A stretch of 64,000 nucleotides of DNA from Cystobasidiomycetes sp. EMM_F5 (Eukaryota): NCBI GenBank assembly GCA_051047955.1, contig JBPGPT010000024.1:62001-126000 (forward strand), written 5' to 3'. Shown one piece after another: positions 54,534-64,000 of the stretch (position 1 is its first letter; every line of letters begins with the position of its first letter). The notes beneath the pieces were generated by a model. It did no database searches, was not told the origin of the DNA, and was given only the letters and a program-made list of their open reading frames with translations. A program made the position numbers and the translations under genes.

Positions 54534-57500
54534 ATGGCTTCAGCTTCGGGCGGTTCAAACTCAAGACCGCCAGCCAACGATGGCAACAGAACGCCCTTGA
54601 TACCGTTGGAGTATTGTGATGCGCCTAATCAGCGGTTCTATGCCGTAAGTCGTGCTCGGAAAGCGATTTATCATCAGAAAGATTGTCAAGCAATGAAGCA
54701 ACATCAATCAAATTACTCGTCAAGATGACATACGGACGCTGACTCGAACATCTTCTAGGTCTCACTCTTTGCCCTCCAACAATCTTACAAGCTGTTCCAA
54801 TTCGCCGAATCATACTTGCCCTCGCCGAGTCCTGCTTCAGTTTCGCGACCGTGGCTTTTGTTCAAATGGGCAATCCTGGATGCATTCACCATCATCTTGC
54901 TGTTGCCGCTTTTGCGAATACCACGTTTCAGCTGGAATGGATCCGCTAGGACTCTCCTCGTCCTCACTTTATGCCTAAGCAATTGGATACTTGTCGGCAA
55001 CTGGAGGACGTCAGGTCTGCTCGGTCTAGCTGGCGTGGTCATACCATCAAACATTAAGGGTTTGTAAGGTCCTTGAGCACGTCGCGGGATTTTCTGACGC
55101 TCTCCTCGCTACAGGCTACTTCCACTCCGATCTGGCCATACTGGAGCATAAAGTTCGCCTCGGCAAGCTGGTTGATCCTGCCACGCACATACTGGGCTCT
55201 TTCACCATCCATATATTACCGCACAGTACGGCACGCTTTCTGCACTTCGAGAATCAGTTGCAAACGCCTTGCGTAGCCGTACAAGGTCTCGAGTCCGGTC
55301 TATATAGCCATCCCGCTTTGAATACGCAGCGCCAAATAGCCATACCCGTCCTTCTCAATAATACTCAACCCAAATACTTACAATACAGCATCGCCGCGCT
55401 CGGTGGTTCTATCGATGAAGAAGGGAATGACGGAAGAGCATACTACAATCTGTCAGCCAAAGATCTCACGCTTATCTCGACTGGTGCATACCGCTCTCTT
55501 CTCAACATTAGAGGTCGTGATCCGTTGCTGGCTCTCACGAATTCCGATGCCAATGACGAGGGCTTCGACGACGATATCAGCGAGGAGCGCGACTTTGCAC
55601 CGTCGAGTGGGACCTTAGCGCAACGCCTTATCGGCTATGATGGTACGCAGGACACCGATGCCTTGTCCGCGAAAATAGGACACTCGACAAACCAAATGCG
55701 CGAGCTTGCACATAGTCTGCGCCATTTCAATTTACAACCCACGCAGTCCATCTGGGCGTTCTATGCAGACAAGCCAGGTATCATACGACTCGAGCGCGTC
55801 ATCGACAAGTCCGACAATGATGTCAGGGTACCGAATCCGAGAGTCGACAATATTGCTACTCGAGACGCGGCATCATCAAACAGCCCCGCAAACAAGATAG
55901 TGATCGTTCCCTGCCCGCAAGCTGCCTTCGTTACGGATGCGCATCGCGGCAAACGCTCGGACTCGGAGAACGACATTACGGCTTGTCAAGCGGATACTAC
56001 CAGTCAGGAAGCGGCGGTCGGCCAACTACCAACCACGCATTCGTTCACAGTGGAGATCTATGGATACCCACCTTTACGGTTGCAATATCATCGCTTGGTA
56101 GGCCCATCTGCAACGGCTAGTAGCAGACACAACGCACAGCGAGAATCAGCTACCATAGATGGCATTGCACCAGAAGGGGCTTTGCTGATGTCGCAACCGC
56201 ACGATGCTAAGGCCAAAATAAGCCTCAACAAGCGTACACCCGGTAATGGCGACAGTCTTGAGCAGAAGCAGATCGCGCTTGTCCCGCTGAATCAGCAATC
56301 ATTATCCAACATACACGCCCCCGAAAAGGTGCATGCGTCTATTGAAGTGTCTTCTTCACTCGCCGGCGACCACTCGTACCAACTGGATAAAATAACGGAT
56401 GCCACGGGAAACAGCTTTGATTTCTCTTCCCTGCATGAGCAGTACGAGACAGCTGAAGCTAGAACGCAAAAACGCAAAGCATCGGTCCGATCAATGCTGC
56501 AAGATGCTTCTGTTCGCCATGCGCGTATTATACCTCGATCGCAAATCTCGTTTGTGGGCTGCGGGACTAGCTCGGGAGCTGGGAGCGGTCAGCCCGTAAA
56601 GCTGTTAGAAGGAGGAAAGGCGAACCTGCATCTCAGAATCAGCACGCAAAACGGTGGTCCAGGCGGTCAGAACAGTGCAGGCAGTGATAGTCCATATACT
56701 GTCTCGGTATCCCACGAGAAGGACAGTGATCCATTGTCAGAGACATCGACCCCAACCCAAGAGCAGAAGACCTTTAATCTCAAACTGACACGTGCGTCCG
56801 AGTCCATTTCGATTAACAAGCCTGGCCGGTATCGTATAAGTGGGTTTAGAGGAGATCGTTGCGATGGGCAAGTGCTTGAGCCGAGCGAGGTGTGTGCAAG
56901 TCAGCGCATCAGTACGACGTCTTTACTGACGGCGTGCCTCTAAGTGTATTGTGTACACCCCTCCTCTACCGACCGTTGATCTATCGCTTGATCCCATCAC
57001 TGATGCTTGTGCAGGCGAAGTTGGATTGCGCGCCATGTTCTCACTATCAGGAGAACCGCCATACAGAGTCCACTACACCGTATTGAACGGTGCAAATGGC
57101 AAGCCGCAGAAGCGTACGAAAACAATCAAGCTGAGTCGCGACGAGCTGGAGCTAAGACCTGATCAAACTGGCGAATTTGTCTACGAGGTCAGCGATTTTC
57201 GGATCTGTGGACGCGAACAAGACTGAGTTTGCATCCAAAGTTCGTTTCTCTCGACGACGGGAATTATCAAGGTATACCTATAGGTCGCAGCATTCGGCAA
57301 TCCGTTCATCCTTTGGCAAGTGCACGCTTTTTGCGAGCTGGAACAGAGCAAAAAGTGTGGTCCTGTGAGGGCGAGCGGGTATCCGTGCCGATCGAATTAA
57401 GCGGTATCTCGCCTTGGACGGTGCACTATAAGATAGTCGGCCAGAAGAATGTTCACACGGTCGAAGGTGTGCAGGACGCCAAAACAAATCTCGACGTTGC

Positions 57501-59358
57501 CATCCCGCCGAAGATTGCAAAGCATGGTGGAAGCTTCACCCTGTCGCTAGGTAAGTTGAACAGAGTGTTGGCCAGACATCCGATCATGAATGTACCTTTC
57601 TTCCATTTTCTCTGTCAGTCCGAATACAAGACGGCCGTGGCTGCTCGCAAGAGGTCACCGTCGACGATCTTGTGGTCAGTGTGCATCGTACGAAGCCCAC
57701 GGCGGCTTTTGTCGCCAGTAGCTCTGTAACGGTGAAGCAAGGAACAGCGGTGTCGCTCCCGTTGCGTTTGACAGGTGAAGGTGTACGTATGCTCAACTTC
57801 AATAACATTGCGCGCAAAGCTTACGAAGACTCAATTTACTTACTAGCCGTGGAAGCTGACGTACCAACAGCCAAACTCAGATAAACCTCGAACGCTTACC
57901 GTTCGGGACAGCAACGGCAATATGCTGGTTGACCAAGCTGGACATTACGAGCTACTCTCAGTATCCGATGCTCATTGTCCCGGCGTTATTGGATCTGCCA
58001 AAACCTACGACATCTCCTGGATTACGCGACCTACCGTCAGCCTAATCGAGCATTCTGGTAAACTCGCCAAAAATGGCAGCTACATTCGGCAACCAGTCTG
58101 CGAGGGTGTCGATGATTCGGCCACAGCCATCTTCGCCGGACAAGCACCTTTTCTACTCACTTACGACTTGATCGAAAGCGGCCCCGATGGTCAACGCCAC
58201 TCCAGTCAAGACATCCGTTCTTCGCAGAAGGAGGCACAATTTGAATTGTCGACAGCATCACCTAGCCATCGACTGTATGAAATTACCGGCTTGAGCGACG
58301 CTACCTACGATCAGCTTTCCAAGCAAGGCCTGACAGCTCCTCCACAGGGCAAAAAGGGCGTGCTTCGGCTAGAACAGACTGTATTAGCGCGACCGACTGC
58401 GACATTCGCCAATCAGGACAAGCCTTTCATTTACTGTGTCAAGGACTCCCTCCAAGCAGCACACTCTGTGCGACCGGTGCTGAAGCTTGCCGGCCTACCG
58501 CCGTTCGTTGTCGAGCTCGAAGTGACACCAGACGGCTCGCACATGAGTCAGCGGTACAGCAAAGTCTCTGTTCCTACTCGCCAATGGACATTATCTCTGC
58601 CGCATACGTTCGCTGAGCCTGGACCTGTCACCGTGTATATTCGCAAAATCGTTGACGCGACTGGGTGTGAGCGTATCATTCCCAAAGGCAGTCAAGGCAC
58701 GACTGCCCGACTCGAAGTTGCCGAGATTGCTAGCATTGCGCCTATACAGCTGCAGACAGATCATTGCGTCGGCGAGAGCATAGACTTCGTTCTGCAAGGC
58801 GCTTCACCGTGGACAGTCGTCTATACTTTCAATGGCAAGAAGCAGACTGTTGCCAGCAAGGATAGTAGATTCTCGAGAGTGGCAGAATCCCCGGGCCAGT
58901 TCAGCATATCCTCTGTAGCGCAGTAAGTCCCGGTCATCCCTTTTATCACCTTGGTAGGCACTCATGGTCGAAACTTCGTCGATTGCAGTCATCAAGACTC
59001 TTGCAAGTCCGTGGTTACAGACATCGAGAAGACTGTCCACCCTCTTCCGACGGCGAAAGTCAAGTCTGGAGTCGCATACATCGAGAACATCCGAGAAGGG
59101 GATCAAGCAGAAATAGTCTTTGAATTTCAGGGCACTCCACCGTTCACCTTCACCTACACCAAGTCTGCACCCACCGACAGAAAATCCCGGAAACCTGCCC
59201 CCATCCTCGAAACTCATACAATCACCGGAGTCGATACGCACAGATATTCCATCTACTCGCAGAGCGAAGGAACTTGGGCAATCACAAGCGTGTCTGATAA
59301 GTACTGCTCATATCCGCCGTTGGCAAAGGCGGATCGTCGTATGTTGAAAGCGGCTTGA
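54534..59358 (+). CDS. POM152: Nuclear pore membrane protein Pom152
   Basis: PLIPLEYCDAPNQRFY, N-terminal TM, ILGSFTIHILP, IPVLLNNTQP, repeated Ig-like modules (LSGEPPY, SGISPW, FAGQAPF, LQGASPW, FQGTPPFTFTY), final VSDKYCSYP. Confidence 0.93.
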
Positions 59359-59468
59359 CGATGTTATGATTGCAGTAAGATGGCCATGTTGTTGTTTTAC
59401 TATACCGAAGCCGTTGAAGTTGGATCAAAAACCGACAACAACAATATATGAAGAAGTACTTTCCAGGC

Positions 59469-60609
59469 TTAGATCTTTGCGTCCCTATTCTCCTCCCACA
59501 TTGTCTGCCCCGAACACGTGCAGACGGTCTTGTCGTTAGCTGTAGGGTACAGTTCAGCAGCAGCTTATGAGTGATTGTGCCCAGTACCGCTCACACCACG
59601 CTCCTGCGCTGCGCGCTATCACGCCCGCGAGAATGCCGTGACCGAGACGCGGCGCTGTGGTAGTAGCCTGTTGCGCTTCGATCGGCGCGATGACCACTTC
59701 GCGGCAAGCATTGTTAGAAGATCGTCCGGAATCCCACAATTTGTGCCACTCACTAGCTCGGCCCACAATGTCCCATACATTCAGGTCTTTGACTTCTGAA
59801 AAGAGATCCCCATAGACATGATTCTTCCGCATTTGCACGTAGCCCAGCTCTCGCAGTACACCGCCTGTGCTAGCTGCTCCCTTTGATATGTCTCCAGATT
59901 TCGCAATGTATACGCCATACCGCTCAGCGAGGCCATCGCTTTGTGACGGTGCAATGGCTGCTGTATTCGTTTTGCGTTCGTTTATCGATGATCCGTTAAT
60001 ATGTGGTATTGGACTGGATGCAGTGCCCGCGCTCAGTATATCGTGCTTGATGGTGAGATCCAGTAGGACCGTCTTGCCAATTTGCACCTGTGCATCATTG
60101 CAGGTTAGCAAGATGATATGGTTGATGCACAGCGCGTGATTCTGGGCCTACCATTCTAGCAATTCCATGGACATCCTGTTTCCCACCTTCTGCTTGCGCT
60201 TTCTGCGGTGTATAGCTTTCGAATATGCACACGGCAGCACCGTCTGGACCGTTCGAATCACTTGACCCAGTCCCTCGCACAATGACCTGTCTGCCGTCGG
60301 CCTTGAGAGCTCGCGCAATCTGAGACGGAGACGTCTTGCCTTCCACGAGTACACTCTTTGTTGCGAGATCAATATCGTACTTTTCGATACCCGGCTGTGA
60401 CGACAGAGCCTGCTTTATCGTCTGCACGCATGCTTGGCAGTGCTGTCAGGATGTCAGAGACAGACCATCAGTGAGGAACACGAGTCCAGAGGATGCCCAA
60501 AACTCTTCAAATCAGCCAACTCCGTCTTGGACTTTCACGCCTCGTTGATTACCATTTCGACGGCAAACTCCGTCTTGAAGCTGAGCTTGTCCTCAATGTC
60601 TGCGCTCAT
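59469..60609 (-). CDS. CCS1: Copper chaperone for SOD1
   Basis: FKTEFAVEM|HCQACV (MHCxxC HMA motif), IVRGTG, AAVCI, GVIARSAG and C-terminal VCTCSGQTMWEE. Confidence 0.94.
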
Positions 60610-60822
60610 GGCAGCGACTTTGCAGAATTCAGACGATATTGCCAGTCTTGTAAGAAGCAAAGATGCAGCAACGCAAACGATGTTAACAGTCTGGATGACA
60701 AAAGTGGCGATATACGCCATGCCGAAGGACGTTTGCCAAGTTGCGGTAGTGCTACAACGACAAAGTGACTGACTAAAGTATGCTGATGACTGCACTGTCC
60801 ATATAACGCTGACTTCCCCACA

Positions 60823-62034
60823 TTACTTCCCATCCAGCTTGCGCATCTGCTTCTTTGCGTTTGCCAACTTGCCCTCCGTCCTGTCGACGTCTTGCGACAG
60901 ACCATCCAGCAGCTCGTTGTGCTCAGCTAGCTCGACATTGATGGCAGTAGCCAATTCCCTCTGCCGCCGCAGAACGGCAGTCAGGGAGCCGAGGCGGTCA
61001 TCCTGCTGGTCCATTTCCTGCTGCTGCAACTGAAGCAAGCCCATATTGTCCAAGACGCGCGTTTGCGCAGTCTCTTCGACAGGCTTATTGGGCTGTCGAG
61101 AACCGAGAACGCGTGTCACTGGTTTGGATGAGGTGGGTGACGCCGTGCCCAGAAGGGCTTGTTTCGTAACGTTGCTAGGAGGAATACCGTTTGGTCCCCT
61201 TGCAGCTCGCTGCGATGTACTTACGGATGCAGCTAGTTTGCCCAGCACTTCTGTCCTGTCTTGCAATCTGACCATCATATCTGCGCGCCGCCGCAGTTCG
61301 CCTTCACTCAGCGCTTGAGCACCGTTGGGATTCTTTGCGACATCATCCAGACCTCTTGCGAGAATGGTCAGTCGGTTAACGAGCGACGCTAGAAGCTTCT
61401 TTGCATCGACGCTCGCCTGATGCGATGCGGTAGAGTCGCCCTTGTCTGCCAGAGCTTCCCGTCTGCTTAGAGCTGCCTGTATATCCTTTGCCACGCCTTC
61501 AAGCGCTTGGTATTCCTCGAGCCACGAGACTGAGGTGAAGTCTGTACGCGTGTTTGGATTGCTCATTCCATTGATATTCGTGCTTGGAATCTCGAGAAAA
61601 GCCTTGAAGGCGTGGCTGTTTCGATACGCCTGGCCAGAGTCATCAGCTGCCCCGACGATAAGGCGCAGGAATCGCTCGAGGCCAGTCTGACGTTCGCGCA
61701 GGAATGCCTCGTCTTGACCATTGGCGGCAGTCCCGGATAGGCTCCTTAGGCCTGGAACGCTGCCCAGGATTGTGCTGCCCAGTCCAGCCCGTTTTGGCGG
61801 GAGCTGCGGCAGTTTGAACGACGACGACGACGACGACGAGCCATTCGAGACCTTTTCGCCCTTGAACGGTAACTTTTCTCGCTCCAAGTCTGCGACCAGC
61901 GCCTCAAACTCGCTGTACCGTCGCCAGACTGTCCAAGTCCTGCTGCGGCCGTGGACTTCGACGGCGTACGCTATGTGTCTGTCGGGCGACGTGCGCTGCT
62001 GGTGCTGGCGAATATAAACGCCCTGCAGGTCCAT
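60823..62034 (-). CDS. VAM7: Vacuolar PX-domain Qc-SNARE, Vam7-like
   Basis: PX domain (VWRRYSEF, LPPK, LRERQ.GLE.FL) and C-terminal t-SNARE helix (QDDRLGSL...INVELAEHNELLDGLSQDVD); likely start MDLQGVYI. Confidence 0.9.
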   Translation of the reverse strand: MDLQGVYIRQHQQRTSPDRHIAYAVEVHGRSRTWTVWRRYSEFEALVADLEREKLPFKGEKVSNGSSSSSSSFKLPQLPPKRAGLGSTILGSVPGLRSLSGTAANGQDEAFLRERQTGLERFLRLIVGAADDSGQAYRNSHAFKAFLEIPSTNINGMSNPNTRTDFTSVSWLEEYQALEGVAKDIQAALSRREALADKGDSTASHQASVDAKKLLASLVNRLTILARGLDDVAKNPNGAQALSEGELRRRADMMVRLQDRTEVLGKLAASVSTSQRAARGPNGIPPSNVTKQALLGTASPTSSKPVTRVLGSRQPNKPVEETAQTRVLDNMGLLQLQQQEMDQQDDRLGSLTAVLRRQRELATAINVELAEHNELLDGLSQDVDRTEGKLANAKKQMRKLDGK

Positions 62035-62158
62035 AACTTCATATGAGGCAGCGGTTGGTTTCAGTACAACAGTGTGCGGGGCTTCTTGTACGACATGAGC
62101 GAGTAGAAATGGAAGACTGCAACTGACCCAAGTTGCCCGGTTTGCGTTGTACGCTCGT

Positions 62159-64000
62159 CTACGTCTGCCCGCGAAGACTGCTGCATACCTCAAACACACC
62201 CGTTCCCGTGTAGGCAGACTTGCCCATGACGATGCTCGCGCTCGGACTAGTGAGATCCTCATAGTCGCCGTATAGCGCTGCATCCGCGACAAAGGTCGCA
62301 GTAGTCTCAAAGGATGCTTTGAGGAATGGCGACGGAGAGTTGGCTAAACCTGTGCGGTTGAAAGGCTTGTATCCTCCTTCTGACGTCTGTCGAACAAGCC
62401 CGTCAGTAAAAGGTGAGTAAGAGAGTGCAGTAACCGAGACACACCATGTAGTCTGCAATCAGTGTAAGATGCCGTCTGTCGACGCCGATGCCGTACACTG
62501 AGAAGACGCCCTGAATCTCTTTGATCAGAACGGAGCGTGCCGCCTCAACACCATAAGTTCGGAGGAAAGCTGCAATGTCGTTACTGTAGATGGTGTCCAT
62601 ATTGATGACTCCTTGTGCAAAGCTCCACGCCCCAGCAAGGTTGACTCCCTCCGTGACAACGATGTCGGGGTCGCTAGGCTTTGCCGACTTTTCTCGATTG
62701 GCAACAAAGCATCGGTTGATGAGTGGAGCCTGGTGGACAACCGCAACGCGGCAGCAAGCTTCGATGATGCCGACAAGAAGAAGTTTGGGCTGCTTTGCCC
62801 CGAATTTCAGGTCGAGCTCGCACCACGCTCCCGCTGCAGACTTGTCGAAACGAACAGCCGTGAAGAACTTTGAATGACCTGCAATGAATTCCTGGATGCG
62901 CTCTAGCCGCTCGACGCGTTCTTTCTCTTCAAGGCGAGACGTCTTTCTTGAAGTGGCTTCAGCACTCTCTCCATCGATATCGTCGCTCTCAACGTCCGAA
63001 ATCGCATCCGCAGCATTCTCTTCCCCTTCATCCGCTGCAAAAAAGGCATCTAGAGCTTCTGTGTCCATAGGAAGACCATTCGCTTCTTGTTCGTCGTCCG
63101 ACTCGTCGTAGTCTGCTTCGTCTTGACCTTGTTTGGCTCGTCGCGCATCGTCTGCGTCGTTATCCACCTCTTCCGCAGTTGACTTTGGCAACGCCATTTC
63201 GTCCTCTACGGCCCCTTGCCCATCACCGGCCTCAATGTCGTCGCCAGTCTCGGTTCGCTGATTACTCGAGCGTTCCTTCTGTCCTTTTCCAATCTCCGAC
63301 AATCGGGCACCTTTCATAGAGTTCTTCAAGCCCTTTGCGACCTCTTTATCGAAAGCCGGGGTAAAAGTGCGTTGTATGCAACGAAGAATCTGTTCGGGCG
63401 TCGTGCGAAACTCCTCTTCGTACTCTTCACGGGGGAAGAACTTCATCTTGACAGTGTATAGCTTGTCGCGCGAGTAGGCGTTGTCCGAGTCTTTCGTAGA
63501 CAGCCGTTCGTTTACTGTAACTTCTTCTACCACCTGTGACAAGGTGACTTTTGAGGCCATCTTGCACAGCGTCTCTACGTCCTCTTGCGACACACCTGCC
63601 GCAACTTCCATCCTCATTGTTGGCGTCTTGATGTTAGCAGAGGCAGTCATGACAATCTCTCGCAGACGAGGAATACCCAGCGTGACGTTGGCAGCACCGT
63701 GACCAGCAAAATGGAAAGTATTCAGAGTCATCTGAGTGGAAGGTTCGCCCACACCCTGAGAAGCGAGCAGCCCAACAGCTTCTCCGGGATCTACCAGACT
63801 TCGCATATATCGCACATTCATGACGGTTGTGTATGCATTCGGATCCAGCAGCTCTCCGTTCCTTTTAAGCTCCCACTCGTGCCATAATTTGCGATCCTTC
63901 TTTTTCGACTTGATCAATTTCTGTGGGTTTGAGGTCATGTAGTCCGACAGGCTGACGGCATACCGCTCAGAAACGCTGCCGATATGTCGTGCCGGGGAGT
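62159..64000 (-). CDS. RPA190: RNA polymerase I largest subunit, 3' part (extends beyond window end)
   Basis: [50 protein letters not shown], acidic expander, [42 protein letters not shown]. Confidence 0.97.

Overview
Gene-dense, intron-rich eukaryotic DNA (GT-AG introns mostly 45-90 nt, CTRAY branch sites). It is most likely a basidiomycete yeast; this is inferred from gene content and intron style. About 27 protein-coding genes can be assembled by hand-splicing the ORF track. Most are housekeeping: AP-2 mu, RIB4, a YTH m6A reader, MCMBP, verprolin, Nud1/Cdc11, RIO1, STRAP, YTP1, cyclin T/K, CCDC47, POM152, CCS1, VAM7 and RPA190. Accessory loci inserted among them are more interesting. (1) A compact putative catabolic cluster (bacterial-type FAD oxidoreductase, Dal5-like MFS permease, Zn2Cys6 regulator, aryl-alcohol dehydrogenase) shares a CCGA-N3-CCGA motif and is flanked by an HNH-nuclease gene. 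(2) An orphan secreted protein has killer-preprotoxin-like architecture. (3) One protein appears to fuse an actinoporin-like beta-sandwich to tandem DM9 (natterin-type) repeats and a helical tail. (4) There is a small secreted Cys-rich protein. No rRNA, tRNA, CRISPR array or recognisable transposon was seen. Exon boundaries and family assignments are by eye, not from database searches.
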